A stretch of 51,984 nt of DNA from an uncultured Candidatus Saccharibacteria bacterium (GCA_964366725.1 CAYIUL010000001.1:1-51984); one strand, 5' to 3'; counted from the first letter of the stretch, positions 35,304 to 44,339 are shown. The notes: generated by a model not told the origin, from the sequence alone. A program made the numbers and translations.

Positions 35304-35336
35304 CCAACTGTGCAAAGGCGCCCTTTGTACGGTTGG
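35304..35336. repeat. REP-like hairpin, right flank of the Y1 transposase
   Basis: CCAACTGTGCAAAGG-cgc-CCTTTGTACGGTTGG. The core at 35310-35330 is the reverse complement of the left core apart from 1 mismatch. Confidence 0.8.
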
Positions 35337-35351
35337 AAGTTGTGTTTTTAT

Positions 35352-35413
35352 AAAACAAAAAGACCCCGCACACAGCAGGTGCTCGCGCTATGCGCGAGGC
35401 CTTTCTGTGTCGG
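35352..35413 (-). terminator. compound intrinsic terminator
   Basis: Inner hairpin CTCGCGC-tat-GCGCGAG nested in an outer CCGCACACAG/CTGTGTCGG stem. On the minus strand it is followed by TCTTTTTGTTTT. Confidence 0.65.
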
Positions 35414-35420
35414 AGCCGAC

Positions 35421-35738
35421 TTAATGCTTACAAACACATGGCTTGAGTTCACCACTGTGTTTGCAGGGACATGCATTAGGTAGACAAGAAATAAGACATA
35501 CGGCGTCAGAGCCCACTTCATTCCCGAGTGGCCGGGTGGTGTCGGCCACACCTAACCTCGGTGTCCGTGCATGTAGTAATTCGCGCCCGAGATCACGAAT
35601 CTCCCACTGGAGAGCCACATTCTCCCTCTCCAAAGTTCCATTACGGATCAGGATCTCATCAATCTGCCCGCTCTCGTCAAAGTAAAAAACAAGGGACATC
35701 ACGATGACTGTGAGGATTACCGCGACTACTGTTTTCAT
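35421..35738 (-). CDS. hypothetical small membrane-anchored protein with Cys-rich C-terminus (GC-rich)
   Basis: 105 aa. AGGAGGA lies 5 nt upstream of the ATG. Has a TM helix and a coiled segment; CLISCLPNACPCKH ... CVCKH. Confidence 0.55.
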   Translation of the reverse strand: MKTVVAVILTVIVMSLVFYFDESGQIDEILIRNGTLERENVALQWEIRDLGRELLHARTPRLGVADTTRPLGNEVGSDAVCLISCLPNACPCKHSGELKPCVCKH

Positions 35739-35839
35739 GACTTCCTCCTGCGCCTCGCCATCTGGCTCAGCGCTAAATTGTTCGTGTACAAAGTAATCAC
35801 ATTATACCACGCTTATTATATATATGCAAGTTAAGTAGG

Positions 35840-35868
35840 TTGATTAATGTTGCTAAAAACTGTATAAT
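35840..35868 (+). promoter_or_regulatory. sigma70-like promoter, extended -10, probably leaderless def transcript
   Basis: TTGATT, 17-nt spacer, TGtTATAAT. The -10 ends 7 nt before the def GTG. Confidence 0.6.
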
Positions 35869-35875
35869 TTAGAGC

Positions 35876-36337
35876 GTGGAAATCACAAAACTACCTAACA
35901 AAATACTGGCTAAAAAGATGGCTGGGGTGGCCCTGGAAGATATAAAGAAAGGTTCCTACCGGAAGCTGGTTTCGGATATGAAAAAGGCGATGAGGGAGAA
36001 TGAGGGTGTGGGTCTCGCGGCAAATCAGATCGGCAAGGACTTGAGCCTTTTCGTGATAGATATCAAGACCGCTGACGCATACAAGGTACCCGAGGTATAT
36101 TTCAACCCCGAAATTACTGAGTATTCTCACGAAACTGACGCGATGGAAGAAGGCTGTTTATCCATTCCGGAATTTTACGTTCCCATCACGCGGGCAAAAA
36201 AAATAAAAATCAAAGCCGTGGACGAAAACGGCAACAAGATAAAATTCAGAGCCAGGGGTTTCTTGGCGAGGGTTCTCCAGCACGAAACCGACCATCTTAA
36301 CGGCAAGACAATAAAAGACAGGGCCAATGGGAAATAA
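35876..36337 (+). CDS. def: peptide deformylase
   Basis: 153 aa. Motifs: GVGLAANQIG, EGCLSIP, QHETDHLNG. Confidence 0.92.
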   Translation: MEITKLPNKILAKKMAGVALEDIKKGSYRKLVSDMKKAMRENEGVGLAANQIGKDLSLFVIDIKTADAYKVPEVYFNPEITEYSHETDAMEEGCLSIPEFYVPITRAKKIKIKAVDENGNKIKFRARGFLARVLQHETDHLNGKTIKDRANGK

Positions 36338-37211
36338 AATAAACATTGTATTTTTTGGAACCCCTGAATTTGCCGTGGCGCCAGTTTTAGGGGCTCTCAT
36401 CAAAAATGGCTACAACGTTTCCCGATTTCAGCCGCATTCTCTAAAGGACGAGCGGGTTTTCGAAGAATTTAAAGAATCAAACCCGGATCTTTGTATTGTG
36501 GCCGCTTACGGAAAAATACTTCCGGCACGGTATCTCGATATACCAAAATATGGATTCATAAATGTCCATCCGTCTCTGCTCCCCAAATACCGGGGCCCGT
36601 CCCCTATTCAAACCGTGATCTTGAACGGCGACCAAGAAACCGGGGTTACCCTCTTGATGGTGGATGCGAAAGTTGACCATGGCGCTATTCTGGCAAGTTC
36701 CAAATACCAAATTCCTGAAGATAAATATTTTACCGAGACGGCAAAAGAACTTTTCGAATTAGGAGCAAAGTTATTGATAGAAATTCTTCCGAAATATATT
36801 AACGGTGAGATCGAGCCGAAAGAGCAAGACCACAGCCAAGCCACATTCACAAAAATGTTCAAAAGAGAAGACGGAAAAATAAACTGGCATGACCCGGCAC
36901 AAGAAATTTATAACCGTATCCGCGCCTTGAACCCGGAACCGGGCACATGGACGACATGGCACCCTTCAACAAGCTCAGGGCAAGCAGACAAAGTTATCAA
37001 CATTTCCGATGTAACGACCTTCAAGGTCGTTAGTCCACAGGGTGGAGATTTAGTGCCGGGAACAGTTAAAAAAGTTGACAATAAGGTTGTCGTGGCCACC
37101 TCTTCGGGTTATCTTGAACTCATATCCATCCAGCTTGAGGGCGGGAAAAAAATGGATGCCAAAAGTTTTATCAATGGCCATCCTAACTTCCTGAACTCGC
37201 AGCTGGAATAG
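36327..37211 (+). CDS. fmt: methionyl-tRNA formyltransferase (N-terminal loop deleted)
   Basis: 294 aa. Motifs: IVFFGTPEFA, INVHPSLLPKYRGPSPIQ, DAKVDHG. About 30 aa are missing where the [10 protein letters not shown] loop is expected. Confidence 0.88.
   Translation: MGNKINIVFFGTPEFAVAPVLGALIKNGYNVSRFQPHSLKDERVFEEFKESNPDLCIVAAYGKILPARYLDIPKYGFINVHPSLLPKYRGPSPIQTVILNGDQETGVTLLMVDAKVDHGAILASSKYQIPEDKYFTETAKELFELGAKLLIEILPKYINGEIEPKEQDHSQATFTKMFKREDGKINWHDPAQEIYNRIRALNPEPGTWTTWHPSTSSGQADKVINISDVTTFKVVSPQGGDLVPGTVKKVDNKVVVATSSGYLELISIQLEGGKKMDAKSFINGHPNFLNSQLE
37012..37032. repeat. in-CDS palindrome, TAACGAC family, copy C (variant)
   Basis: TAACGACC-ttcaa-GGTCGTTA, translated VTTFKVVS in fmt. 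The 3' flank GTCGTTAGTCCACAGG is identical to copy B. Confidence 0.7.
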
Positions 37212-37222
37212 CTCTTTTACAA

Positions 37223-37272
37223 TTGGCAGCGAGGATGATTGAAAACTTGTTTTCAGTTCATCCGAGCGAACC
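37223..37272 (+). other. conserved 50-nt hairpin motif, copy 2 (after fmt, upstream of a membrane protein gene)
   Basis: TGGCAGCGAGGATGATTGAAAACTTGTTTTCAGTTCATCCGAGCGAACCA. Confidence 0.6.
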
Positions 37273-37284
37273 AAGTGTATAGGC

Positions 37285-37788
37285 GTGACGATTACAAGGA
37301 AAGGAGGAAAAGCGTTGCTAACCCACAACCACGGTCTTCTGGCCTACTGGTTCAACGGCTTTTTGAATAAAAAACTGAAAACGAACATACAGCCGATCTA
37401 TATCATGGCGGGAGCGGTCTTGCCCGACATATTCATCATATTTGACTTTCTCTTCCGCTTTGAGCCGTTGGTCGTCGTGTCCAAATGTTTTCATTCTATC
37501 CCGATCTTCGGTATTTTCTTCTTCGGATTTATCTTGGGTCAAAGTTTTCGTTACAGCCGGACGATGGCTTTCTTTGCGGGCTGGGGAATTTTCCACATCG
37601 CGGTGGACATAGTAACGCACAAAAACAAAGCTTGGCCGTATTTCTGGCCTTGGCTTGACTACCCGATACACGGAGTAGCCGATCATGGCAACCCCATACT
37701 TTTGGGGCTGGAAGTGATCCTGACTGTTTACATTTTGTACCGCGCATTGGTCTGTGTGACCAATCTGGTTACCAAAAAGACGCCTTGA
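37285..37788 (+). CDS. integral membrane protein, possibly DUF457/YdjM-like metal-dependent hydrolase
   Basis: 167 aa, GTG start (uncertain). His-rich N-terminus LLTHNHG. 4-5 TM helices. Confidence 0.5.
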   Translation: MTITRKGGKALLTHNHGLLAYWFNGFLNKKLKTNIQPIYIMAGAVLPDIFIIFDFLFRFEPLVVVSKCFHSIPIFGIFFFGFILGQSFRYSRTMAFFAGWGIFHIAVDIVTHKNKAWPYFWPWLDYPIHGVADHGNPILLGLEVILTVYILYRALVCVTNLVTKKTP

Positions 37789-37802
37789 GGCGTCCTTTTA
37801 TT
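37779..37802 (+). terminator. intrinsic terminator overlapping the stop codon
   Basis: GACGCC-ttga-GGCGTC followed by CTTTTATT. Confidence 0.65.
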
Positions 37803-37823
37803 AAGCCCCCCTAAATTAGGGGA

Positions 37824-39095
37824 CTACAACACTATCGGTTTGTCGGTTTTGTAGGTAGCCAGTTCGGTTTGATTGATGGGGGCTATCTGTTCCGGATCGA
37901 GTTTCATTCTCCGGACCGCCGACTGGGTAAGATATCTTTTTACCCTGCCATTGACCAGCTGATAGACGTCGCGATTCAAAGGGTTCTCCAGAAAGACGAA
38001 CTGGTTCTGAGGATAAAAATTGAATTCTTTCTTGCTGATGACGATTATGTCCTCTTCCCTGTCCCCGTAGGAACTGAAGACATTTTTGTCCGGTATAAGA
38101 CGGACCATTCCGCCTTCGGTGAAGTAATACGTTTTCTTCTTGTTGCCGGTTACCTGCATAAGCTTTATTCTGGGAAACTTATCCAACTGCTTCTGGGCGA
38201 TGTCCTGAACCATTTCCATTTTAAAGCCGTAGTCAAAAAATATGTCCATCGTCGGTATCAAATGCTTCTTGCCCCCAACAATCTCATAAATTTCCTCTTT
38301 GTCTTTGACCCTGACGAGATTGACCGAATCGCTTCCTTCCTGTTTTTTACCGGCAGTGTAGATGGCAGCCGTTAAATTAGAACCGCCAACCGAATTATCA
38401 GACGAGTTATCCGGGGTGTTGACCGGAGCAGTTGAACCGGAACTGAACACCGAATTGATCACGCTCCCCGATCCTGACGTCCCCGGCTGGTAGCCAGCCG
38501 GCACGCTGCCGCCGCAACCCAAACCCAGCGAGGATAAGGCGCTGCAAACAAAAGCGTTCAAGTCATTACCGACTAAAGCGACCGGGCCAAAGGACCCGCC
38601 GCCACTGAAGACGGAAGACGAGGGTGTCAAACTGTCGCTTACGGTATAAGTAATGTTGACCTGATCGACGGACGCGCTTTGAGCAAACGGGCTTTCTCTC
38701 ACGATAACCGCGCGCCATCTTAACTCATTTCCCACCGAATCAAATGTATAAGTAAAGCCGGGATTTACCTGTGTCCACCTGAAACCGTTGTTATTCGACA
38801 AATAATAAATGATATTCGCGCCGGAAGGGATAGAGACACTCACGTCTAAACGAGCGCTTACTATCAACTTCGACGGATTGGCCACAACGTCTGAGGCAAC
38901 AGCTGAGGAGACCGAATCGTCGGCGGTATAAAACCTGCCGTTTGAAAGCTTGGCCGAGGTCTGTCCTATGTCAATGTTGGACCAAAAAGAAAGGTCGTCG
39001 GAAAACAGAAAAACTTGATCGGCCTTGGCGTTCAAGCCAAAAACAAGGCCTAAAACAACCGATATGATCACTGCGTGTTTAGTAACTTTAAGCAT
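37824..39095 (-). CDS. hypothetical secreted protein
   Basis: 423 aa. Signal peptide MLKVTKHAVIISVVLGLVFGLNAKA and a Ser/Gly-rich linker. No recognised domain. Confidence 0.6.
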   Translation of the reverse strand: MLKVTKHAVIISVVLGLVFGLNAKADQVFLFSDDLSFWSNIDIGQTSAKLSNGRFYTADDSVSSAVASDVVANPSKLIVSARLDVSVSIPSGANIIYYLSNNNGFRWTQVNPGFTYTFDSVGNELRWRAVIVRESPFAQSASVDQVNITYTVSDSLTPSSSVFSGGGSFGPVALVGNDLNAFVCSALSSLGLGCGGSVPAGYQPGTSGSGSVINSVFSSGSTAPVNTPDNSSDNSVGGSNLTAAIYTAGKKQEGSDSVNLVRVKDKEEIYEIVGGKKHLIPTMDIFFDYGFKMEMVQDIAQKQLDKFPRIKLMQVTGNKKKTYYFTEGGMVRLIPDKNVFSSYGDREEDIIVISKKEFNFYPQNQFVFLENPLNRDVYQLVNGRVKRYLTQSAVRRMKLDPEQIAPINQTELATYKTDKPIVL

Positions 39096-39182
39096 AATCT
39101 CAATAGTATATCACGAATAAAACGACTTGTCAAAATAGTTTGCCGAGTCGAAAAATGATAACATATTAAAGAAGTCATTGTT

Positions 39183-39917
39183 ATGGCAAACAACGAAACC
39201 ATACTGAACGTGGAAAACCTGGGAGTGAAGTTTGACCGGAATGAGGTGCTCAAAGATATAGGGTTTTTTGTCCAAAAAGGCGACGTGCTAGCTATCATCG
39301 GCCCAAACGGCTCCGGCAAATCGGTATTGTTCCGGGCTTTGTTGGGTCTTATTCCCCACTCCGGAAAGATCGACTGGGCTACGGGATTAAAACTAAGCTA
39401 CGTTCCCCAAAAACTGAACATCGACAAAGAACTTCCCTTAAGCGTGGAGGAATTCTTCAATATAAAAAGCGGGAACCACAAGAAAATAGTAAGCGTTTTA
39501 AACTCAGTGGGTTTATCGGATGAAGGTCACGAACAAGGCCACTTGGCAAGACATCTGCTGAAGCAGAGATTGGGCTGGCTTTCGGGTGGCCAGCTTCAGA
39601 GGGTTCTTATCGCCTGGGCGGTCTTGGATGATCCGGACGTTCTCTTATTCGATGAACCGACATCGGGAATAGACATCGGCGGAGAAGAAACAATTTACAA
39701 TTTATTGCGCAAGCTTAAGGAAGAACGCAACTTGACAATGCTTCTGATATCGCACGATCTAAACATTGTTTACAAATACGCCAACAATGTCATCTGCCTC
39801 AACAAAGAAATGATCTGCTACGGAATACCCAGTGAAGTGCTGGACCCGTCGGCCCTTACTAAGCTTTACGGAGGAGAAGCAAGTTTTTATAAACATGAAC
39901 ATGGGCATCATAACTGA
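39183..39917 (+). CDS. metal (Zn/Mn-type) ABC transporter ATP-binding protein
   Basis: 244 aa. Motifs: GPNGSGKS, LSGGQLQRV, LLLFDEPTSGID. Confidence 0.88.
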   Translation: MANNETILNVENLGVKFDRNEVLKDIGFFVQKGDVLAIIGPNGSGKSVLFRALLGLIPHSGKIDWATGLKLSYVPQKLNIDKELPLSVEEFFNIKSGNHKKIVSVLNSVGLSDEGHEQGHLARHLLKQRLGWLSGGQLQRVLIAWAVLDDPDVLLFDEPTSGIDIGGEETIYNLLRKLKEERNLTMLLISHDLNIVYKYANNVICLNKEMICYGIPSEVLDPSALTKLYGGEASFYKHEHGHHN

Positions 39918-40674
39918 CACATTGTTACTTCAATTAACGGTCGGGATTCTGATCGGGTTGGGAGCGGGATATTTGGGTTCTTTTATGATACTTAAGCGAA
40001 TGTCGCTTGTTGGAGATGTCATATCTCACGTCGCCCTTCCGGGAATTGCCGTCTCGTTGCTTTTTAAGATCGATCCCTTTTTCGGAGCATTCGGAGCTTT
40101 ATTCTTGGCCGTGCTCGGCATCTGGCTGCTCGAAAGAAAAACAGAAATACCTTCCGAGACCCTCGTGGGCATATTTTTCGCCTTAAGCTTGGCGATTGGA
40201 ATTTTAATAACGCCTGAACCGGAACTGTTGGAAGCGCTTTTCGGCGATATGACAAATATCGCAATGTCCGATGTTTTAATAACCGTCGCGCTTACCGCCG
40301 TAATGTTTGCCGGAATGGCCAAAATACACCGCGGACTGACTCTAAGCGTAATATCCAAAGAACTGGCCCAGTCCACCGGTGTCAACGTCTCCAAGACCAG
40401 TTTTCTTTTCCTGATGATGGTCGCCCTTGTTGTGGCTCTGGGGCTTAAAGTAACGGGCACTTTTCTAATGGGCGCTTTAGTGATAGTTCCGGCCGCGGCG
40501 GCAAAAAATATTTCCCTTAACCTTAACCGCTATACAATGTTATCTGGAATTTTCGGAGCCGTTTCCGGGTTGGCGGGAATTCTTCTCGCAACACGGTTTG
40601 GTCTCCACCCCGGACCCATGGTAATCCTGACAAGCGGAGCCATCTTTCTCGTTACCCTTTTATTTAAAAAATAA
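39895..40674 (+). CDS. metal ABC transporter permease (ZnuB/MntB-like)
   Basis: 259 aa from ATG 39895. 7-8 TM helices. Overlaps the ATPase gene's end. Confidence 0.85.
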   Translation: MNMGIITDTLLLQLTVGILIGLGAGYLGSFMILKRMSLVGDVISHVALPGIAVSLLFKIDPFFGAFGALFLAVLGIWLLERKTEIPSETLVGIFFALSLAIGILITPEPELLEALFGDMTNIAMSDVLITVALTAVMFAGMAKIHRGLTLSVISKELAQSTGVNVSKTSFLFLMMVALVVALGLKVTGTFLMGALVIVPAAAAKNISLNLNRYTMLSGIFGAVSGLAGILLATRFGLHPGPMVILTSGAIFLVTLLFKK

Positions 40675-40710
40675 AAGTGCTCTAATTCAGGTATCTGTTC
40701 CTTAAAAGGC

Positions 40711-41325
40711 ATGACGATGCGGAAATTCAGGTTTTTCGCGCTATACACCGTCATATCGGGTCTGCTGGCAATCTCAATAGCCGTTATCTATGCCAAGTTA
40801 GAAGAACGTGAAACGGAAAAAATTATCTCTGCTGCCGCGGCTCTCGGCGCCGAAATCTTCACCCAGGACGATTTTATAAAAGAAGCGCTATACAATACCG
40901 GTCTTACTAAAGAAACCAAAGTAAAAATATTTGTCGGTCCCTATGATAAGGTCTTGGGCGGGGTGGGATTTTTTGTGGCAAACCCCCAAAGTTACTATAT
41001 CTTTTTGGATATATATTTCTATAACTCGCTCAGTAAGGAAGAAAAAGAAGCGCTGATAGCGCATGAGCTCGGCCACATTTTTTTTAGGCCCACTCCACAG
41101 GAACAAATACGCCTTGATATAGAACACAGACTTAGAAGAATGGGGTTTTCTTCCGAGTGGCGAAATAAAGTTCTTACAAAATACCAGATAAAGGCAGACG
41201 GGTTCGGCGCCAAAAAAACATCCGTTAAAAGTATCGAAAAGTTATTGGAAAAAGTGTATAAAGAACATCCGGAGTCCTTGGACTACCGGCTCAGGACGAA
41301 AAACCTCCAGAATTTGCCAAAATAA
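40711..41325 (+). CDS. membrane-anchored HExxH zinc metalloprotease-like protein
   Basis: 204 aa. N-terminal TM helix. ALIAHELGHIFF. Confidence 0.6.
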   Translation: MTMRKFRFFALYTVISGLLAISIAVIYAKLEERETEKIISAAAALGAEIFTQDDFIKEALYNTGLTKETKVKIFVGPYDKVLGGVGFFVANPQSYYIFLDIYFYNSLSKEEKEALIAHELGHIFFRPTPQEQIRLDIEHRLRRMGFSSEWRNKVLTKYQIKADGFGAKKTSVKSIEKLLEKVYKEHPESLDYRLRTKNLQNLPK

Positions 41326-41368
41326 TGAAATTTGTCTATTATTACAAAGACCTGAACGGGTCTTTTTC

Positions 41369-41944
41369 ATGTCTTTAGGTGTAAACGAATTAAAGCCGAA
41401 GGTTTTCTTTATCTACGAGGGCCAGCCCTATGTGGTTTTGGAAACCCATCATTTAAAAATGCAGCAGCGCCGACCGGTTGTGCAAACAAGAATGCGCAAT
41501 CTTATAAACGGCAAAGTTCTTGAAAGAAATTTTGCTCAGTCCGATGTTTTCGAAGAAGCCGATATCGAGAGAAAGAGAGTAAAATTCCTATACAGTCATA
41601 GGGAACAATATTGGTTTTCCGATGAAAAAGAGCCTTCAAAGAGATTTCTGCTCACCGAAGAGCTGATCGGCGAAGCAACCAAATTCTTAAAAGCAAATAC
41701 GGTTCTTGACGCGATAGAATACAACGGCGAGATAATCAATATAGAACTCCCCATAAAAATGGAGCTCAAAGTCGTGGAAGCCCCTCCGGCAATCAAAGGC
41801 GACACGGCCCAGGGCGGTGTGAAACAGGTCAAAATCGAGACCGGGGCAACCTTGAATGTCCCCCTCTTCATCAATCAGGACGACATCATCCGAATCAACA
41901 CGGAAACAGGAGAATATGTAGAGCGCGTTGAGAAAGGCAAATAA
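41369..41944 (+). CDS. efp: elongation factor P (atypical tip loop)
   Basis: 191 aa. Domain III signature GDTAQGGVKQVKIETGATLNVPLFI ... GEYVERV. The KPGKG loop is replaced by KMQQRRP. Confidence 0.9.
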   Translation: MSLGVNELKPKVFFIYEGQPYVVLETHHLKMQQRRPVVQTRMRNLINGKVLERNFAQSDVFEEADIERKRVKFLYSHREQYWFSDEKEPSKRFLLTEELIGEATKFLKANTVLDAIEYNGEIINIELPIKMELKVVEAPPAIKGDTAQGGVKQVKIETGATLNVPLFINQDDIIRINTETGEYVERVEKGK

Positions 41945-41948
41945 AAAA

Positions 41949-42902
41949 ATGACTTCTGACAAAATAAAAGTGGTATGTTTCGGAGGAGGTACGGGATTAC
42001 CGGCTTTGCTTTCGGGTTTAAAGAAAAACCCGTTTTTTGAAATATCGGCCATCGTGACAATGTTCGACACCGGCGGAAGTTCCGGAGAACTTAAGGATAA
42101 ATTCGGTATATTACCTCCTGGAGATGTTCTGAAGTGCATTTTGGCTTTGTCGAGAAATGAGAAAGTCACGCGCGAAATTTTCCTGAAAAGAATTATAGAT
42201 ACCAACCCTCCCGGCCACACCGGCGGTAACATTCTTTTGCTTGGCCTTGAAAAGGTTTACGGCAGTCTGACAACGGCCGTTAACGCTCTTGGTGAAATAC
42301 TATCGGCCTCCGGCAAAGTATGTCCGGTAACTTTGGACAAAAGCACGCTTTGCGCCGAATTTTCGGATGGGTCGGTACTAAAAGGAGAAACTCTCATAGA
42401 TATAGGATTATTTGAAGGTAAAAAGATCAATAAACTTTTTCTCAACCCGAATATTAAAGCCAACCCCGGGGCGTTAATGGCGATAAAAAAAGCCGATATA
42501 CTTGTATTCGGGCCAGGCAGTTTTTATACCAGCTTGCTCCCCAACTTTTTACCTCAGGGCGTTAAAGAAGCCGTCAGAAAATCTAAGGCCAAAGTAATTT
42601 ATGTCTGCAATCTTCTGACCGAGGGCTACGGAATGAAGGACTACCGAATGGATACTTTTGTAAAAATAGTCGAATCATATGCCGGCCGGAAAATCGACAA
42701 GGTTATAGCAAACTCCCATATTCCCCGTAAACGCCTGAATGATTACGCCTGGGAAAGAAAGTATCCCATAAAAATGCCCCGTAAATTTACAAAAGCTAAA
42801 GTTGTGGCCGCCAAGCTGTGGACAGACCCCGATTTGGCGCGACACGACCAGGAAAGATTGTCTCACCTTATAGACAGGACTGTGTTTGAACTTTTAGGAT
42901 AA
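41949..42902 (+). CDS. YvcK/CofD-family (UPF0052) protein
   Basis: 317 aa from ATG 41949. Motifs: VVCFGGGTGLPALLSGLK, GPGSFYTSLLPN. Confidence 0.85.
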   Translation: MTSDKIKVVCFGGGTGLPALLSGLKKNPFFEISAIVTMFDTGGSSGELKDKFGILPPGDVLKCILALSRNEKVTREIFLKRIIDTNPPGHTGGNILLLGLEKVYGSLTTAVNALGEILSASGKVCPVTLDKSTLCAEFSDGSVLKGETLIDIGLFEGKKINKLFLNPNIKANPGALMAIKKADILVFGPGSFYTSLLPNFLPQGVKEAVRKSKAKVIYVCNLLTEGYGMKDYRMDTFVKIVESYAGRKIDKVIANSHIPRKRLNDYAWERKYPIKMPRKFTKAKVVAAKLWTDPDLARHDQERLSHLIDRTVFELLG

Positions 42903-42904
42903 AC

Positions 42905-43441
42905 CTATTCCGCCCGAGATCTTTTCTCCCGGCGCATCATAATGAGAATTAGGACCGGGGCTGTCAGCCAAAAAAATAATGCTCTTTGTCCGGCAAAATA
43001 CCCCAATAGATATTCCGGAAATATCGTAAGCTTGTCGATGGGAATGAAGTTAAGAATTATTGATACTAAAATACCCAGTTGGAGCAAGCTGATAAGCGAG
43101 ACCCAAAATATGGAGAATTCTTTCATCGTCAGCCGATGTTTGACCAACGATCTGTTAAGAATGGCGAAAACCGTCAAATAGAAAACAAAGAAAAGGGCTA
43201 TCCGGGTCAGATACATTTCAGGAGAAATGCGAGCCGCCTCGTGTAACTCCGAAAAATAAGGAAAAAGCGCCTGCAAAACGTAAGCGATATAGATGGACAA
43301 TAAAGATACGAGTGCCTTTGTCCTGCCCAAGCTCAAGCCGTAAAGAAGGAGAAAAATAACTATCAAAAACCCGAAAAGCGTTTCCGGCCCTAAATTCAGA
43401 GAAGAAAGTTTAGAAATATAAGAGTTAACGACTTCCACCAC
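42905..43441 (-). CDS. integral membrane protein (CvpA-like?)
   Basis: 178 aa, 4 TM helices, GTG start. Confidence 0.55.
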   Translation of the reverse strand: MVEVVNSYISKLSSLNLGPETLFGFLIVIFLLLYGLSLGRTKALVSLLSIYIAYVLQALFPYFSELHEAARISPEMYLTRIALFFVFYLTVFAILNRSLVKHRLTMKEFSIFWVSLISLLQLGILVSIILNFIPIDKLTIFPEYLLGYFAGQRALFFWLTAPVLILIMMRREKRSRAE

Positions 43442-43458
43442 TTAATTATAGCACGCCT

Positions 43459-44241
43459 TTACTTAACTTTGAGGTGTATCACCAGATTGCCCGGTTCTGC
43501 CTTATGCTTTCCGGTGTTTCCGCCGCGGGGCACGACGATGTCATAGCCCCTATCCAGTTCTTCGGGAATACGAAGTTCTATTTTCTTTTTGGTTTTTGCC
43601 CGTCCGGCGCCCCGGCAATGAGAACATTCTTTCTCGGGCATCTTTCCCTTGCCGCGACAGGTATTGCAGACGGTTATCCGGGAGAAGTATCCGAATCCGC
43701 TTCTGGTGGTTTGTCGGACTTGTCCTGTTCCTACGCAAGTTTTACAGTTCGCCATTGAGTATCCTTTAGCCACCCCTGACCCCTCGCATTCAGAACAGGA
43801 ATCGAGTATCTCGTATTCAATGACCCTTGATGTGCCCAGGTCTTTCTTGCTCACAGCGACTTCCACATACAAGTCCTCTCCTTTGGAGCGCTCCTCCTGC
43901 TGGGGAGAGCGGTATCCAAAAACATCCGAGAACATGTCGAACAGATCTTCCATTCCGCCGGCCCGGCCGCGTGAGCCGAACAAGTCGGAAAAATCAAAAC
44001 CCTGGCTGTATTGGCCGTGAAAACCGCCGTCATTATAGGCAAAACCGAAGTTGTCATAATTAGACCTCTTCTTGGGATCGGACAAGATTTGATAGGCCTC
44101 GTTTATTTCTTTAAACTTGGCCTCGTTGCCCGTTTTTTTATCGGGATGATGTTCGTGAGCCAGCTTGCGAAATGCCTTTTTTATTTCATCATCGCTCGCC
44201 GTCCTTGGTACTCCCAAAATTGTGTAGTAATCTTTATTCAT
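43459..44241 (-). CDS. dnaJ: DnaJ-type co-chaperone, short form
   Basis: 260 aa. J domain (HHPDK), G/F region and four CxxCxGxG repeats. Ends after the first C-terminal beta domain. Confidence 0.88.
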   Translation of the reverse strand: MNKDYYTILGVPRTASDDEIKKAFRKLAHEHHPDKKTGNEAKFKEINEAYQILSDPKKRSNYDNFGFAYNDGGFHGQYSQGFDFSDLFGSRGRAGGMEDLFDMFSDVFGYRSPQQEERSKGEDLYVEVAVSKKDLGTSRVIEYEILDSCSECEGSGVAKGYSMANCKTCVGTGQVRQTTRSGFGYFSRITVCNTCRGKGKMPEKECSHCRGAGRAKTKKKIELRIPEELDRGYDIVVPRGGNTGKHKAEPGNLVIHLKVK

Positions 44242-44303
44242 AAAATGACTAATTAGTAATTAGACATTAGAAATTGCTGTATTTAGGCCTTATTTTACAC
44301 CAC

Positions 44304-44333
44304 TTGACATTTCATATCAAGGTATGCTATAAT
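44304..44333 (+). promoter_or_regulatory. near-consensus sigma70 promoter (antisense to the dnaK-dnaJ operon)
   Basis: TTGACA (44304-44309), 18-nt spacer, TATAAT (44328-44333). Confidence 0.7.
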
Positions 44334-44339
44334 GGTTAT

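Larger units (their letters stand above)
34592..35336 (-). mobile_element. RAYT/IS200-like unit: Y1 transposase gene bracketed by inverted REP-like hairpins
   Basis: AT-rich gene between priA and a GC-rich orphan. The two flanking 21-nt hairpins are reverse-complement copies with 1 mismatch. Confidence 0.6.
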
